Virus record (IMG/VR): IMGVR_UViG_3300031853_000132
Span: 1 to 36,549 of that record
DNA from: a virus
Length of the DNA stretch: 36,549 nucleotides
Direction: 5' to 3' (one strand)
The notes beneath the pieces were generated by a model. That model worked only from the letters and a program-made list of their open reading frames with translations, ran no database searches and was not told where the DNA came from. The position numbers and the translations under genes were made by a program. Shown here in pieces: positions 24,373 to 33,790 of this stretch (its first letter is position 1; each line of letters starts with the position of its first letter).

Positions 24373-24977
24373 GAGAATCTTTTGTATTTCACGCGGAATA
24401 TATAGCCGACTTGCCCGACGACTACAAAGCCGGCTTTGCAATGTACGCTATAAACTACGCGCTGAATGACGAACAGCCGCCGCTTATGCAGGGGACACTT
24501 GAATATAGCTTATGGGCAAAGATTGAGCGGCGTATAGACCAAGAGCGGGAAAAGTACGAGCGCGTAAAGGAAAAACGCGCCGCAGCTGGAAGAAAGCACA
24601 CGGGGAACCAGTACAACGCCCCGAAAGCTGAAAGCCCGCAGGTTCCCGAAAAGGAAACGCCCGCAGAAGTTCCCGCAGAGGGAACCGAAACGGCAAAGCC
24701 TGCGCCAAAGGCTGAAAAGCCGAAAGCGCCGCAGTTTGTAAAGCCTACCGTTGAGGAAATCGACGGGTATTGCAAGGAACGGCGCAACGGACTAGACGCG
24801 CAGCAGTTCTTTGACTTCTACGAATCCAAAGGCTGGAAAGTGGGCGCGGTGAAAATGAAAGACTGGCGGGCTTGCGTGAGGACGTGGGAAAAGCGGCACG
24901 CTGACGAACGGCACAAAGCGGGCGGAATGTGGGGAAACGAAAACGAAGTACCCGAGGACATTATAAACAGCATATAA
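24369..24977 (+). CDS. Phage replication/replisome-organiser-like protein
   Basis: The C-terminal motif EEIDGYCKERRNGLDAQQFFDFYESKGWKVG..MKDWRACVRTWEKR is typical of phage replication-associated proteins. It sits directly upstream of the DnaC-like loader. Confidence 0.45.
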   Translation: MRESFVFHAEYIADLPDDYKAGFAMYAINYALNDEQPPLMQGTLEYSLWAKIERRIDQEREKYERVKEKRAAAGRKHTGNQYNAPKAESPQVPEKETPAEVPAEGTETAKPAPKAEKPKAPQFVKPTVEEIDGYCKERRNGLDAQQFFDFYESKGWKVGAVKMKDWRACVRTWEKRHADERHKAGGMWGNENEVPEDIINSI

Positions 24978-25003
24978 GGCAAAAAGTATAGGGGTGCGGA
25001 GAT

Positions 25004-25681
25004 ATGGACGAGATTAAATCAATACAGGACGTTTTCAACATCGACTTGTCAAAATATGGCTTGCGTGACGAAGAAGTCGAAGAAATGGAGCGAAAGCAGG
25101 CAGAAGCCGAAAAGCTGGCGTGGTATAAAAAGACAGTTCCCGAGCGATACTGGAAAGAATCGTTTGAAACTTACGGGGCAGAAACGGACGAACAGAAAAA
25201 CGCGCTTGAGCAGTCGCGCCGTTTCTTGGAAGCCGTAAAGTGCGGGAAGTTCTGCACGCTGATTATGTTAGGCACAGTCGGCACAGGAAAAACACACCTT
25301 GCCTGCGGAATTGTTCGCGAGTACGGCGGGCTTTATAGGCTTGCCCCGAACATCGTTGAGGAAATCCGACGCGCAAAGAGCTTCACGGCCAAAGAAACAG
25401 AAGCCGACCTGCTGGAGAACTACGGGCGGGCAAAGCTGCTTGTTATTGACGAAATCGGGCGCGGAGTTGCTGGAACTGACGAACAGTATATGCTTTATCA
25501 GATCATAAACGAGCGCTACAACCGCCGAAAGCCTACGGTTTTAATCTCAAACCAAACAAAACGCGACTTCTTAAATTATATCGGAATTGCCGCCGCCGAC
25601 CGCTTAACCGAGAGCGCGAAAACGGTTGAGTTCAAAGGCCAAAGCTACCGCGCGACATTGCGCAGAAACGCCGCCCAGTAA
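25004..25681 (+). CDS. DnaC/IstB-like AAA+ helicase loader
   Basis: Walker A GTVGTGKTHL and Walker B LLVIDEIG. Confidence 0.75.
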   Translation: MDEIKSIQDVFNIDLSKYGLRDEEVEEMERKQAEAEKLAWYKKTVPERYWKESFETYGAETDEQKNALEQSRRFLEAVKCGKFCTLIMLGTVGTGKTHLACGIVREYGGLYRLAPNIVEEIRRAKSFTAKETEADLLENYGRAKLLVIDEIGRGVAGTDEQYMLYQIINERYNRRKPTVLISNQTKRDFLNYIGIAAADRLTESAKTVEFKGQSYRATLRRNAAQ

Positions 25682-26142
25682 TGGAACCCGTACAGCTGGA
25701 GTTTGATTTTGAGTTTGACGAGTTACCACCGACAAGGCCACTGCCCTACTATCCCGCGCCGAAAAACGACAACGAAAAGCTGCTGAACTGGCAGTATGAA
25801 TACAGGATAAAGGGCGACGAAAAGGCGTTAAATAAAATGTACCGTTTGGGCGAAATTATCGCGCTGCGGTACATAAACACGGTTGCGAAGAAAAACAAGG
25901 CCGTGGCAAAGCTGGCGCAGTGCGACAAGGAAGAAAAGGCACACAACGCCATAACATACATAATAGCCCGCTATTTGCGGGTAAAGGATTTTGCAATAAC
26001 AGAGAGCTTTACAGGCTATTTGTTTCTGCGAATAAAACACGAATTATTTTACCAGCGCAAAGTTGACAAGATTGTGGACTTTGTGGACTGGGAGAGTTAC
26101 CGAGGTGTAAAAAATGAAAATTGGGAATTATGCGGCCATTGA
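25681..26142 (+). CDS. Sigma-70 region-2-like protein (candidate late transcription factor subunit)
   Basis: ALNKMYRLGEIIALRYI...EEKAHNAITYIIARYL...ESFTGYLFLRIKHELFYQRK has the spacing of sigma region 2.1-2.4. No region 4 is present in this ORF. Confidence 0.4.
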   Translation: MEPVQLEFDFEFDELPPTRPLPYYPAPKNDNEKLLNWQYEYRIKGDEKALNKMYRLGEIIALRYINTVAKKNKAVAKLAQCDKEEKAHNAITYIIARYLRVKDFAITESFTGYLFLRIKHELFYQRKVDKIVDFVDWESYRGVKNENWELCGH

Positions 26143-26329
26143 AAGGATAGATTTTATCAGAGAGGGAAAAAAATTCACACTGGAACAATATATGCGTAAA
26201 TTTGAAATTTCAAGAAGAACGGCTTTTAGAGATTTTGACTTCATAAGAAGTTATAGGCGAGAACCGTTGTATTTAGAATGTACAAATGGAGTGTATCAAT
26301 TCTCATCGACAAGGAGGGATAATAGATAA
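26114..26329 (+). CDS. Small HTH DNA-binding protein
   Basis: FTLEQYMRKFEISRRTAFRDFDFI is a DeoR/HTH_11-like helix-turn-helix. It has its own GAGGTG SD seven nt upstream. Confidence 0.5.
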   Translation: MKIGNYAAIERIDFIREGKKFTLEQYMRKFEISRRTAFRDFDFIRSYRREPLYLECTNGVYQFSSTRRDNR

Positions 26330-26427
26330 TGCTGATATTTCCACTGAAAAAGCAATGGTATGACAAAATCAAGAGCGGCGAAAAGCGGATTGAATACCGA
26401 GAGGTCAAGCCGACATACATATATTAG
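26329..26427 (+). pseudogene. Truncated ASCH-domain-like ORF (32 aa)
   Basis: MLIFPLKKQWYDKIKSGEKRIEYREVKP resembles the N-terminus of ASCH proteins but stops after 32 codons. AAGGAGGG SD upstream. Confidence 0.35.
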
Positions 26428-26462
26428 AAAATGGCTGGGAATATCCCGAATAAAATAATAAA

Positions 26463-26476
26463 AATGACTATATATG
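26463..26476 (+). promoter_or_regulatory. Late-promoter-like motif AATGACTATATATG (head of the packaging operon)
   Basis: Exact 10-mer. The downstream ATG (26478) is again 14 nt after the motif ATG, with no SD. Confidence 0.45.
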
Positions 26477-26477
26477 T

Positions 26478-26885
26478 ATGGAAACACGAGAAAAAAGCGC
26501 AGTTTTTGAAGTAATAGCGCAAAAATTGATTGATACCGCGCCCGAATTGGCATACATAAAAAACAGCCAAGTCCGCATAGTTTACCTTGTAAGCAACCAA
26601 GCAAAGAAAGCGGGCGCGAAAGTAGTACACGGCGAGTGCGAGAAAATCCCCGCAAAATACCGCTGGGCAATTCCCGCCGATTTTTCTATAACCCTATTCG
26701 CGCCGAACAATGAACACATGAGCACGAAACAATTTGAAATCCTATTGTTTCACGAATTACTACACATCGGCATAGGACCAGCAGACGACGGCGGGGAAAC
26801 ATACAGCATAGTTCCGCACGACCTCGAGGACTTCAAAACAATTATAGACAAATACGGCACAGATTGGAGCGTAAAAAATGATTGA
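26478..26885 (+). CDS. Putative Zn metallopeptidase (SprT/phage-metallopeptidase-like)
   Basis: HExxH motif in LLFHELLHIG. 135 aa. Confidence 0.55.
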   Translation: METREKSAVFEVIAQKLIDTAPELAYIKNSQVRIVYLVSNQAKKAGAKVVHGECEKIPAKYRWAIPADFSITLFAPNNEHMSTKQFEILLFHELLHIGIGPADDGGETYSIVPHDLEDFKTIIDKYGTDWSVKND

Positions 26886-28308
26886 AATTAAATGCACGGG
26901 TTCGGACACAATCGACATAGACCAGCTCACAGAGTTTCAAGGCGCATTGAAAGAGCGCGACGCGGGCGACGTAGAGAAAATCACAAAGAGCATTAAAAAG
27001 CACGGGTTCAGTTTTCCCTTTTTTGTATGGGCGCACGCAGGCGAAAACGGCGCGTATATTAACCACGTATTCGACGGACATGGCCGCTTAATGGCATTAA
27101 AGAAACTACGCGCGCAGGGCGAAAAAATCCCCGAACTTCCGTGCGTCTACGTATCGGCGAAGAACGAAGCCGAAGCAAAAGAGCTTTTATTAAAATTAAA
27201 CAGCCAATACGGACACATGACAGCTGAAAGCGTCCGCGACTTCATTAAAGATTTAGAAATCGCGTTCGACGATATACGCCTGCCATGCGGCACAATCGAC
27301 CTCACCCCGCTAGATAAAAAGAAAATGGACGACACCAAAAAGACATTGCGGCAGCAATTTCTAGTGCCGCCGTTTTCCGTATTAGACACCCGCCAAGGCT
27401 ATTGGCAAGACCGTAAAAAGCAGTGGAAAAGCATAGGCATAAAATCCGAAGAGGGGCGCGATAATAAAATGCTCAAACACCTAAAAGAAAACGCCAGCAA
27501 AGTGAACGGCGGCGCAGAAAACACATTGAGCGAAGTATCAATCTTTGACCCCGTATTATGCGAAACAATGTACACATGGTTTTGTATGCCACACGGCAGC
27601 GTTTTAGACCCATTCGCAGGGGGAAGCGTTCGGGGCATTGTAGCCAGCTATAAACACATGAAATACACGGGCTTTGACATTCGCCCCGAACAGGTAGAAG
27701 CGAACGAAAAACAAAAGGTGATCTGCGACGGCAACGAATACGCCCCGCAATGGATTTGTAAAGACAGCGCAAAAATGGGCGAAGTGCTGGGGGGGGGCGA
27801 AATGTACGATTTTGTATTTAGCTGCCCACCCTATGCAGATTTAGAGAAATACAGCGACATTGACGGCGACATCTCAAATATGGATTATCCGCAGTTTTTG
27901 GAAACATACCGCGCAATCATCAAGGCGGCCGTTTCACATCTGAAAGATAACCGTTTCGCCGTTTTTGTAGTCGGCGAGGTACGAAATAAAAAAACGGGCG
28001 AATATTATAATTTTGTACCCGACACAATAAAGGCATTTGAGGACGCGGGCTTAAAATATTACAACGAAATTATATTGCTAAATGTAGCAGGCGGGAAAGC
28101 GTACACAGCAGGACACGACGCAAAGAAAAGCCGCAAGATTGCAAAAGTACATCAGAACATACTCGCATTTGTAAAAGGCGACGCAGACGAAGCGGCGAAA
28201 ATCCACGAGCAAGTTTTAGTTTTTCTCAAAGGAAACAACAAAGAAGCTAACGCCGATTTAGGCGACTTCCGCGCCGATAACTGCATATTGCCCGAAATGT
28301 TCGAGTAA
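26878..28308 (+). CDS. ParB-like nuclease domain fused to an N6-adenine/N4-cytosine DNA methyltransferase
   Basis: N-terminal ParB-N-like region (FDGHGRLMAL). Methyltransferase motif I LDPFAGGSVRG and motif IV FSCPPYADL. Confidence 0.7.
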   Translation: MIEIKCTGSDTIDIDQLTEFQGALKERDAGDVEKITKSIKKHGFSFPFFVWAHAGENGAYINHVFDGHGRLMALKKLRAQGEKIPELPCVYVSAKNEAEAKELLLKLNSQYGHMTAESVRDFIKDLEIAFDDIRLPCGTIDLTPLDKKKMDDTKKTLRQQFLVPPFSVLDTRQGYWQDRKKQWKSIGIKSEEGRDNKMLKHLKENASKVNGGAENTLSEVSIFDPVLCETMYTWFCMPHGSVLDPFAGGSVRGIVASYKHMKYTGFDIRPEQVEANEKQKVICDGNEYAPQWICKDSAKMGEVLGGGEMYDFVFSCPPYADLEKYSDIDGDISNMDYPQFLETYRAIIKAAVSHLKDNRFAVFVVGEVRNKKTGEYYNFVPDTIKAFEDAGLKYYNEIILLNVAGGKAYTAGHDAKKSRKIAKVHQNILAFVKGDADEAAKIHEQVLVFLKGNNKEANADLGDFRADNCILPEMFE

Positions 28309-28335
28309 ATCCGATTTATCCGAAACGGTGGCACA

Positions 28336-28698
28336 ATGGGCAGAAAGAAAAAGCTTTATAAAAAAGCAGATATTCTCGAAGCTATAAAAGGCAGCGGCGG
28401 CATAGTAACAACCGTCGCCCTTGCCCTAAATTGCGATTGGCACACCGCAAAGGCAAACATAGAGAAATACGAAGAAACCCGCGAAGCGTTCGACGGCGAA
28501 TTAGAAACAGGGCTGGATTTGGTAGAGGGTAAAGCATACCAGCAGGCAAAGAACGGCGACGGCGCGATGATACGCTTTATTTTAGCAACTAAAGGACGCA
28601 AACGCGGCTACGGCGAAACAGCCCCGCAGGAATTGGACGACGCAGAGGATAACGAGCTGACAATCGAAATAGTGGACGGCGGCGACGATGAAGATTAA
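28336..28698 (+). CDS. Terminase small subunit
   Basis: 120 aa with an HTH-like N-terminus and an acidic tail, immediately upstream of and overlapping the large subunit gene. Confidence 0.65.
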   Translation: MGRKKKLYKKADILEAIKGSGGIVTTVALALNCDWHTAKANIEKYEETREAFDGELETGLDLVEGKAYQQAKNGDGAMIRFILATKGRKRGYGETAPQELDDAEDNELTIEIVDGGDDED

Positions 28699-29959
28699 AT
28701 CAGATACGATATTTGCAAAGGTATACAATAAGATTTTCCGCTGGATAATGAATCACGAATACACCGAGTACACGCTAACAGGCGGGCGCGGTTCGTGCAA
28801 ATCCTCGTTTATATCGCTATGTATAATTATCTTGATTGTGATGTTCCCGCAATTCAACGCGCTTATTATCCGAAAGAACGCAAACACCTTGCGCACCAGC
28901 GTATACGAACAGATTGTATGGGCGATTGAAAAGCTGGGATTACGCGGGCGTTTCAAGATACCTAAATCAGAGACAAGCGCGCTCCCGATAGTCTACAACC
29001 GAAAGAACGGCGTAAAGCAATACATTATTTTCAGAGGGTGCGACAATCCCGAAAAAATCAAGTCAATCAAGATTGCAAGCGGATATTTCGGCATTATATG
29101 GTTTGAGGAAAAAACGGAATTCACGCCCGCCGAGATACAGAATGTTAAAGTATCGGCAATGCGCGGCGGCTCAAAGTTCTATGTATTTGAATCATACAAC
29201 CCACCCAGCGCAAAGCGGCATTGGTGCAACACGGACGCACGCACACCGAAAAAAGACCGCGTAGTTTTCCACACGACATATTTAGACATACCGCGCGAAT
29301 GGCTGGGCGAAGCGATACTTAACGAAATCGAACACACGAAGAACACGAACGAGCGGGCATACAGAAATATATTTTTAGGGGAAGCGACAGGAACAGGGCT
29401 TAACATATTTGAGAATGTGGAACTGCGGGAAATCAGGGACGAAGAAATAGCGGCGTTTGATTTTTTCTACAGCGGCATAGACTGGGGCTATTATCCCGAC
29501 CCGTTCGCCTATTCGACATCATCATACAACGCACAAAAACAGACGCTCTACATTTTTGATGAATTGTATCTGAACAAGCGTGGAAACTATGAAGCGTTCC
29601 AAGACTTGACCGAACACATGAAAGCGCACGGCATGAGCATAGCGACCGACCGCATAACGGCGGACAGCGCAGAGCCTAAGAGCGTGGCGGATTTCAGAAG
29701 CTGGGGCGGAAATGTGCGTGGCGCAATTAAGGGAATAGGAAGCCGTGACGCGTCGTTTAAATGGCTACAGGGATTAAAACGGATTGTAATAGACCCCGCG
29801 CGATGTCCGAGAATCGCCGACGAGTTCACGCTATACGAGCACGAAATAGACAAGCGTACAGGCGAGGTTTTGAGCGGCTACCCCGACGGACAGCCCGACC
29901 ACGGGATAGACACGGTGCGATATGCGCTGGAAACGGTTTGGAGACACGCGGGCGAGTAA
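28688..29959 (+). CDS. Terminase large subunit
   Basis: Walker A-like LTGGRGSCKSS, Walker B-like IIWFEE, and a C-terminal nuclease region with DHGIDTVRY. Confidence 0.85.
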   Translation: MKIKSDTIFAKVYNKIFRWIMNHEYTEYTLTGGRGSCKSSFISLCIIILIVMFPQFNALIIRKNANTLRTSVYEQIVWAIEKLGLRGRFKIPKSETSALPIVYNRKNGVKQYIIFRGCDNPEKIKSIKIASGYFGIIWFEEKTEFTPAEIQNVKVSAMRGGSKFYVFESYNPPSAKRHWCNTDARTPKKDRVVFHTTYLDIPREWLGEAILNEIEHTKNTNERAYRNIFLGEATGTGLNIFENVELREIRDEEIAAFDFFYSGIDWGYYPDPFAYSTSSYNAQKQTLYIFDELYLNKRGNYEAFQDLTEHMKAHGMSIATDRITADSAEPKSVADFRSWGGNVRGAIKGIGSRDASFKWLQGLKRIVIDPARCPRIADEFTLYEHEIDKRTGEVLSGYPDGQPDHGIDTVRYALETVWRHAGE

Positions 29960-29972
29960 ATGACTATAAGAG
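29959..29972 (+). promoter_or_regulatory. Late-promoter-like motif AATGACTATAAGAG
   Basis: Exact 10-mer overlapping the terminase stop codon and upstream of the portal gene. Confidence 0.4.
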
Positions 29973-29986
29973 CGAGGAAAAATTAA

Positions 29987-31375
29987 ATGTTAGAAAAAAT
30001 AAGGGGCTTTTTTATGAACATTCTAGGATTGTTTCACAATTATTCACTAAAGGAAGTCACAGGCATTGACACCAACCTATCAAGCGAGATGTACGCCGCT
30101 ATTGAGTTGTGGTCAAACATGGCAAGCGGCAACGCGCCGTGGAACGGAAAAGCCCCGTCATGCGGAGTATTGGAGCAGATAAGCGGGCGGCTTGATATGC
30201 TCGTTTCCCGCGAAATTGGGCTGGAAGTAAAAAACGAAGCCATTAAAAGCGCAATGGAACACATCAACAAGAATGTAGACAAGATTGTAGACTACATCGC
30301 GCTTATAGGCGGGTGCATTGTACGCCCGATTTACACCAACGGCAAATTGCAGTATGAAACGCTCCCGCTGGGTAACTATCTGCCGATTGCATACGACTTT
30401 GACGGAACGCTTACGGGTGCATTGATTTTGAAGCAGATACAGAACGGCTCTAAAAAATGGCTACTTACCGAAAAGCACACCTACGAAAATAAAACGCATA
30501 CCGTAGAATGTACATTGTACAGGAACGAGGGCGGTGCATTGTATAAAACAGGTTTGGGCGACTGCCCGCAGACGGCGGAAATAACGCCGCATTATTCGTG
30601 GGAAAATGTGGCGTTCCCTATGATTATCGAGTTCAGAAACCGCGCCGTGAACAAGATTGACGGCTCAAATGTTCCAGTGCCAGTAATTGCGGGCGCGGAA
30701 GATTTGATAAAGGACGCGGACGAACAGTTTGAGCGCATGAACTGGGAGCAGAAAGGCGGCGAAATGCGCGTATTTGCAGACCGTGATATGTTCCAAAAAA
30801 GGCAGAAACGGAACGGCGAAGCAACAGGCGTGAAATTGACACCCGAACTTAACCGCCTTTTGGTACAGATTGAGGGCGACGGAAGCACAGAGGGGAAGAA
30901 AATCACGGAGCACGCCCCGACACTACGGACAGCCGCACAAAATGAAATGTTCCAGCAGATACTGCGCCGCATTGAATTGACCTGCAATATCGGCAAAGGA
31001 ACAATCAGCGACATGGAGAGCGTGCAGCAGACCGCGACACAGTACAGCGGCGGACGCGCGGAACTTTACGCAATCGTTGACAAAATCGAAGATGAAATTG
31101 AAACGAAATACCACCAAACGGCGGCAGTATTGGCGCACATGGCGGCGGCCTATGGAATAGGCGAGAACAACGCAAAAATTAAAGTGACATGGAACAACGA
31201 CGCGACCCGCAAGGACGAGACGGCGGCCAAGCAAATGGCATTGCAGGAAATCAGCGCGGGAGTGAAAAACAAATGGGAATACCGAAAGGACTTCTACGGA
31301 GAGGACGAAGCGCAGGCAAAGGCAAACGTACCACCCGAAGCACTCGCGCCCGACCCTTTTAATTTTGGAGCGTAA
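29987..31375 (+). CDS. Portal protein
   Basis: 462 aa, directly after the terminase large subunit gene. GAGG SD. The start could instead be the Met at 30014. Confidence 0.75.
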   Translation: MLEKIRGFFMNILGLFHNYSLKEVTGIDTNLSSEMYAAIELWSNMASGNAPWNGKAPSCGVLEQISGRLDMLVSREIGLEVKNEAIKSAMEHINKNVDKIVDYIALIGGCIVRPIYTNGKLQYETLPLGNYLPIAYDFDGTLTGALILKQIQNGSKKWLLTEKHTYENKTHTVECTLYRNEGGALYKTGLGDCPQTAEITPHYSWENVAFPMIIEFRNRAVNKIDGSNVPVPVIAGAEDLIKDADEQFERMNWEQKGGEMRVFADRDMFQKRQKRNGEATGVKLTPELNRLLVQIEGDGSTEGKKITEHAPTLRTAAQNEMFQQILRRIELTCNIGKGTISDMESVQQTATQYSGGRAELYAIVDKIEDEIETKYHQTAAVLAHMAAAYGIGENNAKIKVTWNNDATRKDETAAKQMALQEISAGVKNKWEYRKDFYGEDEAQAKANVPPEALAPDPFNFGA

Positions 31376-31378
31376 ACA

Positions 31379-31519
31379 ATGGCACAGCACAACAAACAGA
31401 AAAAAGAAATACTCAAAAACGACATGATCGTAGTAGCGGGATTTTGTGAAGCGATAAACAAGAAACCGCTTAAAACCCGCCTTGTGATTGCATGGCGTAT
31501 CTTGCGGGGCAAGTTCTAG
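31379..31519 (+). CDS. Small hypothetical protein (46 aa)
   Basis: ATG eight nt after GGAG. It fills the gap between the portal and MuF-like genes and is below the ORF-track cutoff. Confidence 0.3.
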   Translation: MAQHNKQKKEILKNDMIVVAGFCEAINKKPLKTRLVIAWRILRGKF

Positions 31520-31522
31520 GCT

Positions 31523-33397
31523 ATGCTTTCCCCTCGCTACTTGGACGGCTTGGCCGACGAAATAACAGAGATTTACTCACAGCTTGAAAGCGAGATTTTG
31601 CAGGACATGGCGCGGCGTATTGCACGGCTTGGCAAAGTAACTGACGCGACAAAGTGGCAAGCGCAAATGCTCATTGAATCGGGCGGGCTGAAAAAGAATA
31701 TTGCCCGTATTCTTGCAAAGTACGACAAGACAATAGCGCAGCAGGTAAAAGACACCGTAACGGCTGCACTGGAAGCAAGCACAAAGAACGATAACAAGAT
31801 TTTCAAAGAAGCCACAGGGCGCACCGTTTCAACACCGAACGCCCAGCAAATGCTTGCAACTATTCAGAAGTGCCACAGCGATTTATCACGCCTTACGCTC
31901 ACGACCGCGGCCACAACACAGACCGAGTTTGTGCAGCAGGCAAACCGCGTTTATATGAACGTGCAAAGCGGCGCGTTTGATTATGATACAGCCATGAAAA
32001 GCGCAGCCGACGAACTGGCAAAGCGCGGAATAACCGCCGTACAGTATGAAAATGGCCGCCCCGTAACCCGCACTATTGAAAGCGCCGTACGCATGAACAT
32101 TTTAACCAGTGTGAACCAAACGGCAGCAAATCAGACTTTGAACAACTGCGAGGAATTAGACTGCGACCTAGTGGAAACATCGGCACACATCGGAGCACGC
32201 CCCGAACATGAGGACTGGCAAGGGCAGATTTTCAGCAGAAGCGGGAACAATAAGAAATACCGCCCGTTTTCCGTTTGCGAGCTTGGCAGCGTTACGGGAA
32301 TCTGCGGCATAAACTGCAAACATTCTTTTTACCCTTACTTTGAGGGAATGGAAAACCACTACACCGAAAAAGAGCTGGACGAAATGGCCGACGAAAAGGT
32401 GGTATATAACGAAAAGGAAATGACACGCTACGAGGGCGAGCAATACTTGCGGGGCATTGAGCGCAATATAAGACATTACAAGCGCCAAGCGTTGACGCAG
32501 GAAGCGGCGGGCGTGGATAACACAAGGGCACGCCATAAAATAAGCGAATGGCAAGAACAGGCAAAGAACTTTACACGCCAAACGGGAATTGCACGGGATA
32601 GCGCCCGCGAATACGTGGGAAGCGCAAAAGGCAAGCAGCCTGCGGGATTGCGAGGAACGCAGCCAAAGCCAAGCAAGCCAATACAGACACCGAACGAACC
32701 GCCCGCGCCTATTACATCGGCAACACAAAAGGCGATTGACGCTTTAGTGGATAACCCGAAAAGCTCAACACGCGGACTACTGGAAGCAAGAAACGTGCCG
32801 ACATTAACAGTAAACGCTTTCACTACACCGAAAACGGAAAGCGAAATAATACAGCGGCTTGCGGGTGGCGATCTAACAAAAGGCAGCTGCTCGTCGCTGG
32901 CGCTTGCATATACAGCTAACAAAAGCGGCTTTGACGTGCTAGACTTTAGGGGCGGCGCGAGCTTGAATATATTTTCAAGTGACGCAGCCATAAGGGAACT
33001 TGCACAGCTCAACGGCGTTAAAAGCGTTATTGCACACGAATACGACGACTACAAAGCGGCGCGGTTCCTTATGCAGCAAATGGAAGTTGGCAAAGAATAC
33101 GAGCTGGCCGTAGGTTGCCACGCGGCCATAGTTCGCAAGCTCAAAGACGGGACTTGTGAATATTTAGAGCTGCAATCTGCGGGTGTAAATGGTTTTATGA
33201 AGTTTGAAGAAAGCACGCTTGATATACGGTTCGGCTGCCAGCATAGCCATACAAGTTATGGGCAGAAGTACCAAATATTAAACTGCTTGATAGATATTGC
33301 GACACTGGGCAAAAACAAAGAGTTTATCGAACTTATGCGCTATATTAACACGGCCACAGGTTCACAATTAAAAGGTTTTGGGGGTTATGCGAAATGA
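31523..33397 (+). CDS. MuF/SPP1 gp7-like head morphogenesis protein with an extra C-terminal Cys/His domain
   Basis: The N-terminal ~330 aa carry ETSAHIGARPEHEDWQGQIF and GICGINCKHSFYPY (gp7/MuF signature). The C-terminal ~190 aa contain GSCSSLALAY and GCHAAIVRK. Confidence 0.7.
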   Translation: MLSPRYLDGLADEITEIYSQLESEILQDMARRIARLGKVTDATKWQAQMLIESGGLKKNIARILAKYDKTIAQQVKDTVTAALEASTKNDNKIFKEATGRTVSTPNAQQMLATIQKCHSDLSRLTLTTAATTQTEFVQQANRVYMNVQSGAFDYDTAMKSAADELAKRGITAVQYENGRPVTRTIESAVRMNILTSVNQTAANQTLNNCEELDCDLVETSAHIGARPEHEDWQGQIFSRSGNNKKYRPFSVCELGSVTGICGINCKHSFYPYFEGMENHYTEKELDEMADEKVVYNEKEMTRYEGEQYLRGIERNIRHYKRQALTQEAAGVDNTRARHKISEWQEQAKNFTRQTGIARDSAREYVGSAKGKQPAGLRGTQPKPSKPIQTPNEPPAPITSATQKAIDALVDNPKSSTRGLLEARNVPTLTVNAFTTPKTESEIIQRLAGGDLTKGSCSSLALAYTANKSGFDVLDFRGGASLNIFSSDAAIRELAQLNGVKSVIAHEYDDYKAARFLMQQMEVGKEYELAVGCHAAIVRKLKDGTCEYLELQSAGVNGFMKFEESTLDIRFGCQHSHTSYGQKYQILNCLIDIATLGKNKEFIELMRYINTATGSQLKGFGGYAK

Positions 33398-33630
33398 GCG
33401 TAAATGCTTTTGTAAATGGGCTTGATTTATACAAATCAGACGAAAGCCTTAAAATATGGCGGGTAGAAACGCCCGACAGAAAAGGCGAATTTCTTTTTAC
33501 GTTTGACTGCAAAAAGGTTTTTAACTTTTTCCATGACTACCCCGAAAAATTGACCGACGAAGAAATAGCGATATTTGAAAAAGAATACCCCGAGCTTGCA
33601 GCCTTAAAACAGCCCCGTAAAGCCCGCTAG
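33394..33630 (+). CDS. Small protein (78 aa) translationally coupled to the MuF-like gene
   Basis: ATGA start/stop overlap. No recognised motif. Confidence 0.5.
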   Translation: MSVNAFVNGLDLYKSDESLKIWRVETPDRKGEFLFTFDCKKVFNFFHDYPEKLTDEEIAIFEKEYPELAALKQPRKAR

Positions 33631-33711
33631 AACGCCGTACACGCGCTTTATAGGGTGCGGACGATAAAAGACACGACCGCGCCCGAATCGACGCGCTACA
33701 CGCAATATTAA

Positions 33712-33740
33712 GCCCTGCACACGTTGCGGGGCGTTTTTTT
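33712..33740 (+). terminator. Intrinsic terminator (same GCCCTGC/GCGGGGC stem as 3964-3990, T7)
   Basis: The hairpin at 33712-33732 is followed by g and ttttttt. Confidence 0.7.
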
Positions 33741-33790
33741 AAATTAGGGGAAATTTTCCCTTGTTTTCCGCTATTTTCCCCTATTGCCCG

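Noticed and set aside
25681-26329. Programmed frameshift joining the sigma-like ORF to the HTH ORF across the A-rich gtaaaaaatg overlap
   Set aside because: The second ORF is in the +1 frame (not -1) and has its own GAGGTG SD seven nt before its ATG. Independent, translationally coupled genes are the simpler reading.
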